DNA from: Centroscyllium fabricii
Taxonomy: Eukaryota
DNA: 64,000 bases
Assembly (NCBI GenBank): GCA_051313645.2
Contig: JBNRSN020000009.1
Coordinates: forward strand, 97,154,001-97,218,000
Reading direction: 5' to 3'
A program made the position numbers and the translations under genes. Below are positions 1-12,594 of the stretch, piece after piece (the stretch's first letter is position 1; every line of letters begins with the position of its first letter). The notes under the pieces are model-generated. The model had not been told where the DNA came from. It was given only the letters and a program-made list of their open reading frames with translations, and ran no database searches.

Positions 1-800
1 AGGAGTGTTGGGGTTGTGGAGGGGTGTCATCAGCCAGGTGGCGAGTGGGTAACCCCTGTCTCCGAGCAGCCAGCCATGAGCTTCATGTGGTGGGTGGAAC
101 AGTGCTGGGACACCGGTCTGTTGCTGGATGAATGTATTGCGGCTGCTGCCGGGATAGCGGGCATTGACGTCGAGGATGAGCTGTCTGTGGTTGCACACCA
201 ACTGAACGTCCAGAGAGTGGTAGCCTTTGCGGTTATGGAACACTTCTGCTTGTGATGAGGTGCCCGCAATACCACATGGGTGCAGTCACTGGCGCCCTGA
301 AGCGCTATCCTTGCAAAGCCACATGAACGTTCATCTTGCTTCTCTCTGGTGATGGGGAATGAGATGTGCGCCCACCTTCTTCTGTAGAGAGCGTCTGTTA
401 CCTTCCAGATGCAGCAATGGATGGTGAACTGTGAAATCTTTGCAATATCCCCTGTTGAAGCCTGGAAGGAGCCGCTGGCATAGAAATTGAGAGCGACTGT
501 GACCTTAACTGCCACTGAGAGAGAAGTCCTGGTCCTGAGCTGAGGCTGGGGCTCTGGCTGCAGGAGGTGGCAGAGTTCTGTGACCACCTCCTTGCTGAAG
601 CAGAGCCTTCTAAGGCAACGCTCCTCTGAGAGATGAATGTAGGAGAAGTGCTCTTGGAAAACCCTGGGAGGATAAGGCTTCCTGTTGCGAGGTCTGTCGG
701 TCCTCCTCCTACCTCTGGCCACATTTGGCAATCTCTGTCTCTGCATCCGCTGCCTCCGACGTAGTTGCCGGAGAAGGTGGAGTGTCAGTACAGCCCCCAT
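1..800 (-). pseudogene. Degenerate Harbinger (HARBI1-like DDE) transposase
   Basis: ORF 30..800: PYPPRVF..LSEERCLRRL.FSKEVVTELCHLL..VAVKVTVALNFYASGSFQ..GFARIA..GASDCTHV; frameshifted after the DCTH motif. Confidence 0.85.
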
Positions 801-1216
801 AAATGAGAAAAGAGGACATAGAAATGTTCAGAGTAATACAAGTGAAGAAACTGTTCGAGCAGCAACAAAGCAAAAATGGAGAAAATATGAACACAGCCAA
901 TACACTATCTGACAAGCCAGCAATGAATCTGACCTCCCAATGAATAGCTAAGTGATCCCATTAAATAGCACCTCAGGAACGGCAATCTCAGGTATCAAAT
1001 CCCTGCTATTTAGTCGTTCTCAGCACCAGGCGGTAAGTCCGGGGAAGCGACACTCATCGATGTCATGGTCTGAGCAGCGCTAAAGGGTCAGGCACTGGCG
1101 CTAAATGACAACTGAATTTTGCGGGTGGCGCTGAAATCGCTGCGCCTGAGCAATAAGCCCTTAGCGCCCCACCTGGGGGCTAACAGGATCTACTAAGGTA
1201 CCAAATATCTAGCCCC
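1..1216 (-). mobile_element. PIF/Harbinger DNA transposon relic A (right part; runs off window start)
   Basis: Harbinger transposase on minus strand, then a GC-rich subterminal region ending ...aaatatctagcccc (rc GGGGCTAGAT, Harbinger-type terminus). Confidence 0.8.
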
Positions 1217-1219
1217 AAG

Positions 1220-1420
1220 TGTCGAACAGGTAACTGACCACATTGGGGAGAGGGCATCACAACCAAGCCAGTCTGGATAGCTATCAGGAATAGGAGCCCT
1301 GCCCGATTATTGCCTCGCTAACACAGGGGCACTGAGGCCAATTCGGTATTAGCAAGCACCAACTGGTAAATTTCACATTGATGAGTGAATTGATCAATCC
1401 CTCACTCCCAGCGAGAGCCA
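1220..1420 (-). mobile_element. Old LF-SINE-like fragment
   Basis: gggcatcacaaccaagcc..gggcactgaggccaatt resembles the copies at 6720, 20640 and 53930. Confidence 0.35.
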
Positions 1421-2088
1421 TCCCAGAAGGGAGTGTCAGTCAGAGTTATTGCTACAACATTGTGGCACCGATTCACTGTCGAACCCTTCGAGCACGGTTG
1501 CCAATGGAAGCGTACAATCAGCAAATTTATCCTAAAGAGTCCATCCAATATGATATATTGTGCAGAAATTCACATTTGTGTTGCTGGGGGTGTTGTTTTG
1601 AGGTTAAGTATATTATTTGGACCGAGTAGAAGTGGCTTTATTTTACATCTAGTTCATACTACACGTAACCATTAAGTGCCCAGTGCCCAAATAGTTTCAT
1701 TTTCATAACCAAAACAAGTTAAAAAAACAAATTGCAAAAAGTGAAATTTGAAAGATTATGGGACTGAATTCAACAACCCCCGAAAGCGGGCGCAGAGATT
1801 GCGATGCGTGATTAACCCACGCCCGTTGCTTCTGATGCAGGCAGCACGCAAACTTTGTTCTGCCTGCTAATTTAAATGATTGCAGCGTTGAGGCAGCGCT
1901 AAACACTCTGTTGAGTGAGAGATTCAGTGCCTCAGCAGGGGGCCCAAGTTTGTGCGAGGCTAGCACCACCTAAAGCAAGCCTGCATTGCTGAAAGCCAGC
2001 CAGCACCTCTTAAAGGGGAGGTGCATTCTGGCTGGAGCATGTGCTGGAAGTGGCTGAGGAAGAGTCTGACCTGCGAGAACACTGACTA

Positions 2089-4203
2089 ATGGTGCAACAA
2101 GGGAGAGAACATGCTCCAAGGTTCTCAGATGCTGCACTGGCAGCCTTGGTGGAGGATGTGGACAGTAGCAGAGAGGTCCTCTATCCACAGGGGGTCAGCA
2201 GGCCCTCTAGATAAACTCTATGAAGGCAGTGGGAGCAGATAGCTGTGGCAGTCAATGACAGAAGTCAAGCCCCGAGGACCTAGATGCAGTGCCGCAAGAA
2301 GTTCAATGACCTCACACGAGTGGTCAAGATCAGTGAATTCATCTTCAAATGCTATAACCCACCAACCACTAGTCACTGCTCACTGCACCACACCCCCACC
2401 ACTCACCTACCAACAATCTCTATCAAACAGGACTCCTACCTCACAGCTTCACCTCACCCTCACACACTTGGCACTGCTGCAAGCTTCACACTCATATCTC
2501 ACAGCCTGCACACAAAGTCAGCTTTGTAACCATGACAGACACATCACCCAAACACATTGCACCACACTCACTGATACACTTTCTCTTGCAGAACAAGTTG
2601 GTGCATAACCGACAGCAGCAGGAGTTAACCAGCGGGGGGCAGGCACAGTTGCATGACCTTACCCCAATGAAGGAGACGGTGATCACCATCATTGGTGTGG
2701 TTATTGCTGAGCCCGTGGCCAGCGGTGGGGTTGAAAAAAATTGAAGATGACAGTATCCTCATACATAATCCTCCTCCTCACATCCCACTTCCTCCTCATC
2801 CCACAATCTCTTCTGATTTACAAGCTGTAGATGGTGTAAGCACCCCCCAGCCCCCCACCCTGCCCCCACATCACAGCTCTACCCTTGTGCCTTTCTCCTT
2901 TCAGATACACAAGAACTGCAAAGTGGCCAAGCAGTGATGGAGGAGCAAGAACTGGAAGAGGACGAAGGCAGTAATAAAGACACAGCACCGTCACTCGATT
3001 TCACACTCACAGCCACCAGCTCAAATATTGACACTCTGCCTACTTTAGAGGATAGCTTCGAGGCAGAATTGGCACGTGGTGAAACACCAGTCATGAGTGG
3101 CCTGCAACCAGGGAGGGGAGCAAGGGTAGCGCTTGTGCCAGCTCCCCTGTGGGCAAGGGCGCAGACAAGTTCTTCTGCAGAGGACTCAGATGAGCACTTC
3201 GACGGTGTAAAACACAGAAACACAGAAGAGAGGAGCAGGAGTAGGCCATTCGGTCCTTCGAGCCTGCTCCGCCATTTTGATGAGATCATGGCTGATCATC
3301 CAAATCCAGCACCCCCTTCCTACCCTCTCCACATATCCCCCGACACCCCCAACTCTAAGAACTATATCTCACACACATACTCCTGGGCAGTTTTTTTTTA
3401 GTATCTCCAATTCACCTAACCAAGCTACAGAAGACTGATGTGCATGCACAATGAATTGCTTGGTGCACTGGCAGACCTGCCAGAAAGCTTGCATGCAATG
3501 TCAAGAAGCATGTCCAGTACCAACTTGGCCCAGGTCTTTGCACAGAGCTTGGAGCCCATCCCTTCCAGCATGGAAGTGATGGCCAATTCTATTGGCACAT
3601 TTGTGGACCCAACCAAGATGCAGCATCTGATGGCTGATGTCTTGCATTGCAGCACAAACAGAAGCCACCCAACGTCTGGGTGCAGCAGTGGAAGCTGAGA
3701 CTTCTGTCATGCATGCTCAACATGCTGCCATCCTGACTGCACTTACCAGTGTTGAAAGGCGCTTTCAGGGTGTCACAGCACTCCATCAATCTGTCCTCCA
3801 ACAGCTTACTAGGATTGCTGAGGCGCCACCCTGGGAGAGTGGCAGTGACTCCGTGGAGCACAAACCTGCTCTCCTCTCTCAGAGTGACAGCATTCATGCT
3901 CCCACCAACACCACCACACTGCCCCCCACCCCCCGCCGCCGCCACTCCGCAGTGCTCTTGCTGTTGTCTGTCAGCCAGCCAGCCCAGACTGCTGCCGCCC
4001 ATGCTGAGATGGTGCAGTCCGAAGCCGGGCCTTGTAGGCCCAGAGCTGTTAGAGGTCGACCTCCAAGGCCATCAGCAGCCTTTCACCAACCATGCTGCAG
4101 CCACGAGGGGGGCACTGCGTAGTAGCACCAGGACAGGCAAATGCACATGGAAAACAGGCACTAACGGAATGTACAAGGGTCTATGCAACATTACATTAGT
4201 TAA
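2089..4203 (+). pseudogene. Spliced Harbinger Myb/SANT-like (NAIF1/MSANTD-type) gene, decayed
   Basis: Exon 1 MVQQGREHAPRFSDAALAALVEDV..W..QCRKKFNDLTRVVK; exon 2 after ctcttgcag NKLVHNRQQQELTSGG; acidic exon 3 after ctttcag; in-frame stops and a LINE-tail insertion. Confidence 0.8.
3209..3420 (-). mobile_element. CR1 LINE / HE1-type SINE 3' tail inserted in Harbinger B
   Basis: ggagcaggagtaggccattcggtccttcgagcctgctccgccatt..gatcatggctgatc, the same tail as the CR1 at 14417. Confidence 0.8.
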
Positions 4204-4326
4204 TGTATGAATTTGGTTTGTAATGTTTATTTTTTGTTTTTATTTTTGCATTGTTGGCAAGCAGACACTGTGATGCTCAGTGACAGAGGGAAGGGAAGGT
4301 GTGGGACTCTGGATTTGGGGTTCCGT

Positions 4327-5420
4327 TTACCAGTATCGCAGCTGGATGAGTCGGTCATGGACAGCCCAGCCAGAAAGGAGCGGTCTGAGTTGCCTCCTCC
4401 CTTCCTCTTCCTGCTCCTCGGCTTGTCACCGTACGGCTGGTGGCAAGGGCTGTGCGCTCCTGATGGCAAGGTTATGCAGCAAGCAGCAGATCACCAAGAT
4501 TCTCGATACCCACTCTGCTAAGTAGTGCTGGGCTCCTCCAGAGCACTTCAGGCGGCGGAAGCGTTGCTTCAGTCGGCCAATGGTCTGAGCGATGATCTTT
4601 CATTTGGCACCATGGCTTTCACTGTAGGAATGCTGGCCACGTGTGTGTGGGTTCCGCACCAGAGTCATGAGCCATGTTGTTAACCGATAGCCCTCGTCAC
4701 CCAGTAGCCACCCTCTGGTTTGTCATGGTGGCTCAAATGCAGATGGGACAGCGGACTGCCTCAGAATTAAGGCAGCATGACTGCTGCCAGGATACCGGGC
4801 ATTGACTTGCATAATTCGCTGAGTCTGGTCGCACACCAGCTGCACATTGAGGGGAGTGGAATCCCTTTCGGTTGCAGTACATCTCAGAGTTTACATGCGG
4901 TACCCGCAAAGTGCCATGCGTGCAGTCAATTTCACCCTGCACCATGGGGAAGCCTGCAATCCTCGCAAAGACGCGTGCGCGCTCCGCCTGCTGCTCTCTG
5001 GCCAAAGATAAACAAATGGATTCAGCTCTCTTGAAATACAGAGCCTCAGTGACCTCCCTTACACAACAGCGCATGGCAAACTAGGAGATGTTGCAAATAT
5101 CTCCTGCTCCAGCCTGGAAGGAGCCCAACGCATAAAACTTCATGGCCACCATGACCTTCACGGTCATTGGCAATGTGGTCCTTGCCCTGCTCTGAGGTTG
5201 CAGTTGTTGCTGCAGCAGGTGACAGATTTCAGTGAGGGCATCATTGGTGGTGCGCAGCCTTCTGACGCACTGTTCCTCACTGAGGTTCAGGTAGGTGTAT
5301 TGCTCCCTAAACACCACCTTCTCCTCCCTCTTCCTGCAGTTTGTCCTGCTCTGTATCGCCTCTGCTCATTCTCCCTGTCATGCTGTTGGCCAAGTGGAAT
5401 GGCTACGAGTGCACCCGTGT
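4327..5420 (-). pseudogene. Harbinger DDE transposase, frameshifted
   Basis: Pieces LSEEQCVRRLR..FYALGSFQ, IAGFPMVQGEIDCTH..NRKGFHS, QTIGRLKQRFRRL..CCLLHNLA. Confidence 0.85.
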
Positions 5421-6719
5421 CTTGGAGCAAGTGGTCTGTGCAGAATCCTTGAAGGTAGGACAAAGTCTTTCAGCACCTGCCACACCATCCCCTGTAGACG
5501 TTTAGCAACTTGAAATAACCATCAAACACTTCCACAAACTCAGCAACAGCCCAGAAGAAATCAATCAGCAACTAACCTGCAAGTAGTTGATGATCCCTTT
5601 CAATAGGGCTGGTGAGGGTTCTTCCTGCTGTTCAGTTGTGCGAGCTTAAGAGAAGGTGTTAGATGGAGCACTGAGCTCCAAATTGGCAGTGCTCGCGTCA
5701 AATTAAGTCACGATCTGCCTCCTCTGCATACTTCCCCTGCGCCCGTGCTAACATCCTACGCAAGGTGGCGTCCAGTGCGGCCCACACCAGAAGTGTGCGC
5801 ATGTGCCGCGGTCCCCATTTTGGAACCAAAATGACACTCGTCGCGCCCAAACAACGGCGCTACGGAGCCGAATTCTGCAGCCTAATAATTTTAGTTGGAC
5901 ATTATAGAGCAGAAAAAATAGTGGTGGGAGGGAGTGACAATGAGAACGCAGGACTGTGAACAGATGGCCCACAGTGGAGCTGTCTAGAAAAATAAAAAGA
6001 GCACCTCGACTCAAACTTGCAGCAGGATGTAGCGCAAACGAGACCGCACAATTAGTGCTGAATTATGGGCAGCTCTGTGATGCGGACTCACAGGGTTGAA
6101 ACTGTCCAAACTCATTTCACTTGGAACTTTACAGCTAATAGATAAAGGAATCATTTACTCCATCAATCTGCATGGATTTGAACCAAGGTCCCAGAGGTGA
6201 AAGGAAAGTGTGCTTACTTACTGCATCACCCATTTCCCTGAACTTAAAATTTAAATTAGATCTTAAAAAAAAAATCACTGAAATGAGTGGTGACCTTGGC
6301 TACCCTGCTAATGGGCATGTTCTTACCCAGATTCTACTGCCATGCTGTCTGTAGTGTCTGCCTAATTGGAATAACTGGACATTTCACCTACCACAGGGGT
6401 GTTACACGATCACAACTGGGTGCCCCATAGCTGTCCCATAATTATTTTTTCTGACATACAGAGAGGAACTAAGGATGCTACGTTGTTTCTGCAAAGATAT
6501 TTGAATTTTTGCAATGTAGATCAATTTCATGAACACTGTACTTGTACTTAGACCACTGACCTCTACTCTTTACCCTTGAATTCCTACTAATAATTGAACT
6601 AGCATACAAGCCGCACACTCTTGATATTGAACTCCACTGTAAAAACTGGACTATCTTCACAACGGATGAAGCTATGCAGGGCAATTTTATTTTATTTTTT
6701 AATTCTCTCGCTCATTTCT

Positions 6720-7160
6720 CTTCTCCCATCACCTCCTAAAGAATCCAATTGATTCTTTTACCGGGTTCAGTTCGATGAATAGCAGTCACTCTCTGATATC
6801 TTGCCAAAAATGATCATTATTCATATGACACTCTTTAACAGTCAGTGCTGGGCTATTTGACTGTATTGGGCAACACAGCAGGGTTCAATCCTGTCTTTAA
6901 TCAACATCCACAAACACACATCTCTAACAGGGAGTACTGGCCAAGGTTCCCGCAGCTAATTCATGGGCACTGCAGCCAATTCATAGAAATCATAGAAATT
7001 TTACAGTGCGGATAAGGGCCATTCGGCCCATCCAGTCCGCACCGGCCCAGGAAAACTCCTCCCTGTACTAACCCCAGTTGCCCGCACCTGGCCCAATTGT
7101 AACCCAACTCAGTTCAGTTCACTCAGCACAGGCTGGGGAATCAAACTCAATTTGTATGGA
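6720..7160 (-). mobile_element. LF-SINE-like relic with nested CR1 3' tail (~6981-7092)
   Basis: Tail (tcatagaaa)2..ggccattcggcccatc flanked by ccaatt on both sides; surrounding sequence resembles a tRNA-derived SINE. Confidence 0.5.
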
Positions 7161-7594
7161 TCAAAGATGGCATCTTGCCCTCGATGCCAGCACAGAGTTC
7201 CCAACTTTAGTCGCCAACTGTAGGATATTATAGCTTTAAACAGCTTCTACTATATAACTAATGGCCATTATATTGCAAATAGTGGCAATTAGTTTTATTT
7301 TATGGTCTTATCAGAATTATCTACGGTATGAAACACTTTGTAGATATTCCTAGAAAGGTGGGGGGGGCGGTGCTGGCTGTTCTGTGTCAAACAGCTTTTC
7401 AGGAGTTTATAGAAAGCAAGAAAAAGGATCATTACCCATGAAATATTAAGGATTAGTGAGCATTGTTTCATAGCTGATAACTTTTTCTTCTATGGGTAAT
7501 TTATAATACTTCAGGAACTACTTGTTTTTCTTTAATTTCCATGCCACTATTTTCTGCCAATTTCATCCAATTCCCCATCTCTTCTAAAGGTGTT

Positions 7595-9590
7595 GGGAGT
7601 TAAACTGGATAGCCCCCCAAACCGGATGTGGGGATTGCAATGCATGATTATCCTGCACCGGTTCAGTGTAATCCAGGCAGCACGCCAACTTTGTGCTGCC
7701 GGTTCATTCTGATGATTGCTGCGTTCATTGGCTGCAAGCAACAGCAGGAGACCCAATACAGTTACTTCCTAGCACTACTTAAAGCTAGCCTGCACTATTT
7801 AAAGTAAGCCTACATCTCTTAAAGGGTAGGCGCATTGTGGCTGCTGGAAGTGCTGAGATCATTGGGACTAGTGTGCTGTGCAACAATCAACAATGGCTGA
7901 CCATGGGACAGGGCGTGCACTAAGGTTTCTGAACGTTGCACTGGAGGTCTTGGTGGAGGAGGTGGAAAGTTGTCCTGTATCCACAGGGGAGAAGGAGGCC
8001 CTCCAGACACACGATGAGAAGGCAGTGGGAATAGCTAGCCACGGCGGTCATTGCCAGGAGTTTAGCCCAGCGGACTTGGATGCAGTGGCGCAAAATGTTT
8101 AACAACCCCACGAGTGGTCAAAGTCAGTGAATTCATCTTCAAATGCCATATCCTACCAACTGCACCATTAGCCTCAGCCACTGTTCAATTCACCACACAC
8201 CCATCACTCACCTACCAACAATCCCTATCAATCAGGACTCGTACCCAACATTCATATGCTTCACCTCACCCTCACCCACTTAACACTGTTGCAAACCTCA
8301 CACCCACATCTCACACCTTGCACACACTGCCAGCTATTCAACCATGACAGCCACATCACCCAAATGTAATGCAGGACCCTCAATGACACACTTCCTTCTC
8401 TCTTGCTGGAGAAGGTGACGCACAACCAGTAGCAACAGGAACTAACCGGAGGGGGAGAAGCGCACCTGCATGCTCTCACCCCCAAAGAGAAGACGGTGCT
8501 GGCCATTATGGGAAGGGCCACCGCTGAGGCCGTGGCCAGCGATGGGCCTGAATCCATGGAAGGTGACGGCAAAGCAATGTGCATGTAGTCAATGCACCAT
8601 TGCAGAGCCTGCAATCATTGCAAATCCTTGTGCTCACTCTGTCTGCTGGTCTCTGGCAAGAGTGAATGAAATGAAATTAATTCTTTTTGAATAGAGAACC
8701 TCAGTTTCCCTTTTGCAACAGTGCACTGCAAACAGCGAGATGTTACTAATATCTCCATCAGCAGCTGGAAGAAGTCAGGCGCATAAAAGTTCATAGTCAC
8801 GGTCACCTTCACAGCCACTGGCAATGTGGTCCTTGCCCTATTCTGAGGTTGAAGTTGTGGCTGCAGCAGTTTGCAGATTTCAGTGACAACATCCTTAGTG
8901 AAGCGCAGAAGTCTCAAACATTGGTCATCGCTGAGGTTCAGGCAGGAGAATTGCTCTCTGAACACCCTGGGCGGATATGGCCTCTTGTTGAGAGTCCTCC
9001 TCCTCCTCCCTCTTCTAGCAGCTTGTCCTGCTCTGTGTGGCCTCTGTTCATTCTCCCAGTCATGCTCAATTCCAGGAGGATGGCCTACTAGTGCATCCAT
9101 GTCTGGGAGCAACTTGTTTGTGCAGAAGCCTTGAAGTCAGCAAAAAATACTTCAGCACCTGCCACACCACTGCCTATAGATTTTTGATAGTTGAAACAAG
9201 TATGGAAAGCACCAAAAACGTGTAGAATTGTAGCAACAGCCAGAAGAAATAAACCAGCAACTAACCTATAAGTGGTTGATTATTCCTTTAAATAGCGCTG
9301 GTGGGGGGTCCTTCAAGCTGCTTAACATCATGTTTAGCTGTGCGAAGTTAAGAGAGGCCGTTGGCTGGAACGCAGAGCTCCAAAATGGCAGCCTTGGCTT
9401 CAAATTAGCGTTGTACACTGATTGACATCATAATCTGCCTGCTCTGTATATTTCCAGTGGATGTTAAGCATACGCTAGCGCACTAACCCCTCTACCAATA
9501 TGGCGTCTGGCAAGCTTCGCGTCAGAAGTGTGCGCACGGCTGTGGAAGCCATTTTGGAACCCTACTGCTACCAAGCCAAATTTGGCCCCC
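7595..9590. mobile_element. Internally deleted Harbinger C (Myb exons 1-2 on +, fused to 5' half of transposase on -)
   Basis: Ends gggagttaaactgg / ccaaatttggccccc; MADHGTGRALRFLNVALEVLVEEV; ORF 8615..9112 PYPPRVFREQFSCLNLSDDQCLRLLRF; junction ~8570. Confidence 0.85.
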
Positions 9591-9599
9591 GTTGATTCC

Positions 9600-9800
9600 T
9601 GGTGCCATGTGTTGGGCTACTTATGGACAAGAAGATTTAAGACATCAAAGTGTGGCTTCGAAAATGGTGCAGAAGGGAGGGTTTCAGATTTCTGGAGCAT
9701 TGGGGCTAATTCAGGGAACGGCAGGGGCTCTTCTGAAGGAACTTGGCACCAATGTCCTTGCAGGGAGAATTAACTGGATATTGGGAGGGGATTTAAACTT
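9600..9800 (+). mobile_element. Old CR1 ORF1-end remnant
   Basis: gagggtttcagatttctggagcattggg..ggcaccaatgtccttgcagggag resembles the CR1 ORF1 esterase end; further CR1 scraps follow at 10380-10830. Confidence 0.35.
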
Positions 9801-9955
9801 GTACAGCAGGCGGAAAGACAAGCAAGGAAGAGTTAACTACAGATAAAGGAGGCTTCATGAGTTGCAAATGGGAGGGAGAAAATAAACACAAACCAGATAA
9901 CATTAGTAAGAAGTCACACAACACCAGGTTATAGTCCAACCGTTTTATTTGAAAT

Positions 9956-9990
9956 CACAAGCTTTCGGAGCGCTGCTCCTTCATCAGGTG
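9956..9990 (-). ncRNA. Minimal type I hammerhead ribozyme motif
   Basis: rc = CAC CUGAUGA A GGAGC agc GCUCC GAAA GCUU GUG. Confidence 0.8.
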
Positions 9991-10183
9991 CATGTAAAGC
10001 GATTCATTTAAACACAGCATATATATATATATATATATATATAGAGGGAGAGAACAATGTAGTCTCTCCAACTGTTCAACATCACACCTCAGCAGAGAGG
10101 CATCAAAGCAATCAAAGGTGTTCTAACATATCAGTCAGCATTTTCTGTTGTTATTTTTGTGTTTAAATGAATCTCTTTACATG

Positions 10184-10218
10184 CACCTGATGAAGGAGCT
10201 GCGCTCCGAAAGCTTGTG
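10184..10218 (+). ncRNA. Minimal type I hammerhead ribozyme motif
   Basis: CAC CUGAUGA A GGAGC ugc GCUCC GAAA GCUU GUG; stem I CAC/GUG, palindromic stem III AGCU, predicted cut after 10215. Confidence 0.8.
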
Positions 10219-10494
10219 ATTTCAAATAAAACTGTTGGACTATAACCTGGTGTTGTGTGACTTCTTACAATTGTCCATCCCAGTCCAACACCGGCACCTC
10301 CACATCATCAGATAACATTATACAGGGGTATATGATTATACAGGGGTATATGATTTAGACTGCGATACAAAAAGAGTTAATATTAAAGTTTTGTTGATGA
10401 TCCCAAAGTGGGAGTAACAAAGTGCCAGGAAGTATGCCGGTGACCACAGCAGACAAAAACAGATAAGTGCAATTTAACTAATATAACTATAAAT

Positions 10495-10675
10495 GCAAAT
10501 TATCTGGCTACTTATCACATTGCTGTTTGTGGGACTTTGTTGAGCGTAAGTTGGCTGCCACGTTTCCCTACATTATAATAATGACTAAACTTCAAAAATA
10601 CGTAAAAGGATGTGAAGCGTTTTGGAACCATTCCTGAGGTCATGAAAGGTGCTATATAAATGCAAATTCTCTCTT
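10495..10675 (+). mobile_element. DeuSINE (SacSINE/AmnSINE-like) core and tail
   Basis: tatcacattgctgtttgtggga..ttggctgcc..cctgaggtcatgaaaggtgctatataaatgcaa. Confidence 0.7.
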
Positions 10676-10840
10676 TTCTTTAATACATTTTGAGAACAAA
10701 AACAGAGAATGGAAATAAACTTAATGAATTTGGACACAATGGAGAAGCAAAAGAACAACCCAATATCTAGTTATCCAATAGCACAACCCAGGGGATGTAA
10801 CAATAAGGCCCACTTGTGATCAGAACTGGATATTGTAATT

Positions 10841-10973
10841 CGATAGCAAAATACTGCGGATGCTGGAAATCTGAAATAACAACAGAAAACGCTGGAGAAA
10901 CTCAGCAGGCCAGGCAGCATCGAGGAGAGAGAAACAGAGTTAACATTTCAGGTCGATGACCTTTTTTCAAAAA
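10841..10973 (-). mobile_element. Second PLE family terminal repeat, solo, with decayed hammerhead
   Basis: 13 bp TSD ggatattgtaatt (10828-10840, 10974-10986); rc has aggtc atc gacct gaaa; close match to 17500-17616. Confidence 0.7.
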
Positions 10974-11639
10974 GGATATTGTAATTGATTACTGATATAA
11001 TGAACCACCCACCCTGTCTCTTTTGAGGGTCGAATCACTTGTTTTTGACATTATCTTTCTTTCTAGTCAACTTCTACAGCAAAAACAAACCTGATTATTC
11101 TTCCAGCACCTGGCCCCGGGTCTACATTGACTATCCCCCTCAAAGATGTTTTTTTCTTCTCTTTTTTAATTCTGACTCCAGGAAGCAAGGGGCATTGTCC
11201 ATATGAATAGAGTATGTTGTTGGCTATCTGAGCCAAGATAACAAATTGCTTAATACCCACTTTCATCCTAGCTAATGAGCCTGGGATGAGAGAACAGACC
11301 CTCATTGGATCAGTTTGAAATAGACTGTGAGCTGAGACATCCCACAAACTGACTTCTTTGGCTTTAATACACATCTTCAATACCTGCAGTCTACTGCCTC
11401 TTTTATTAAACCTGTGCAGATTTGTTTTGTTTTAAAACACAACGCTTAAACATAACTCAATCCCCAAATCCCAAAACGTGAATCCACCTGAGGAAATCAA
11501 AGGCGTACATGTTCTGTCTATTAAAATCAGAAAAATCATTGGCTGCACACTCGCAGTGGTTTATTCATCTGAAGTGCGATTCCACATTGGAAGCACTGGA
11601 TTGGAAAAGTAATCCCCATAAATCCTTAAAATTGGGGGT

Positions 11640-12200
11640 CGGTTAAATAAAAATTAAGAAGGCAAATAGGATTTAGGTGTTTATATCAAGAGAATTAAAC
11701 ACAAAAGCCAAAGAAGGCATGATGACTCTGTATAAAATGATGACTGGGCTACACCTGGAATATAGAATTAGGCTTCTCACTATAGGGGGTATATAATAGT
11801 CCTGGAGAAAGTGCAACAAAGATCTACCAGGATATTGGGAGTTGGAGTTATGAGGAAAGGAAAAGTGTAACTGGGGTATTTTACTCTTAAACCAAGGGGG
11901 AAAGCTGTTCAAAATGATAAAATAAATAGATACGGTAAAGATAGATAATTTCCATTAATATTTAAATCAAAGAGGCTGGTTCCCAAAATAAGTAAAAGAT
12001 ATGTAAAGCAGAAAACCAGAACAAGCTTTTTCATGCAAAGAGATATGAGAATGTGCAACGCTTTGCTACAGGTGGCAATAGGTGCTGTAGATACTGCAGC
12101 ATTCAAAAAGGTATTGGAGTATTACTTAAAGAAGGATTTAATAAAACTATAAGGAGAAAACGTAAAAATGGGATTAGTCTGGGAGGAAGGAAGGAGAATT
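11640..12200 (+). mobile_element. Old degenerate CR1 LINE 3' part
   Basis: Decayed equivalent of LY..L.RPHLEY..LEKVQ and the CR1 3' region. Confidence 0.6.
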
Positions 12201-12594
12201 GGACTCTATAAAAATCAGTCCCCATGAGAGATCGAAATTCAGCAGAGGCAAGAAACGCTGAATGGTTGCCTCCAGTGCTAGAAATCTAGCTGGAAAACAG
12301 TGGCAAAAATGACCAATTTCTCAGGGCCGAGTGAAAAACCAATGCCATATTTGCCATGGACGGTTTGCAGCTGTCCAAAGCAGCTGCCTAAAACAGGTTT
12401 TCCAGGTGTGGATACTAACTAGGAACCAGGCGCAGTTGAAAAGGTAAATTTTAATATATTTTTTTATTTCATGTGGAGCCAGGAGGAGGAAGTGTGCTCC
12501 TCCCAGCTTCAAAATTCAACCTGTTCTTTTGAGAAATTAACTCAAATGAGAATGAGGGAAGACACTGGCTCTCTTTCTCTCTCAGGTTAATATA

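Larger units (their letters stand above)
1760..5882. mobile_element. Near full-length PIF/Harbinger transposon B (convergent Myb/SANT and transposase genes, both decayed)
   Basis: Imperfect TIRs gggactgaattc ... gaattctgcagcc; Myb/SANT gene on + at left, DDE transposase on - at right. Confidence 0.85.
9906..10308 (+). mobile_element. Fold-back Penelope-like (PLE) mini-element, copy 1
   Basis: Inverted arms ~9906-10016 and ~10160-10268; unpaired tail ..ccggcacctccacatcat; 12 bp TSD cagataacatta (9894-9905, 10309-10320). Confidence 0.85.

Noticed and set aside
30-9112. Domesticated HARBI1 or NAIF1 host genes
   Set aside because: Multiple copies with TIRs, stops, frameshifts and nested insertions; these are transposon relics.
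9906-10308. Palindromic elements as DNA-transposon MITEs or pre-miRNAs
   Set aside because: Variable 10-15 bp TSDs, an asymmetric unpaired tail and hammerhead cores indicate PLE retrotransposition.
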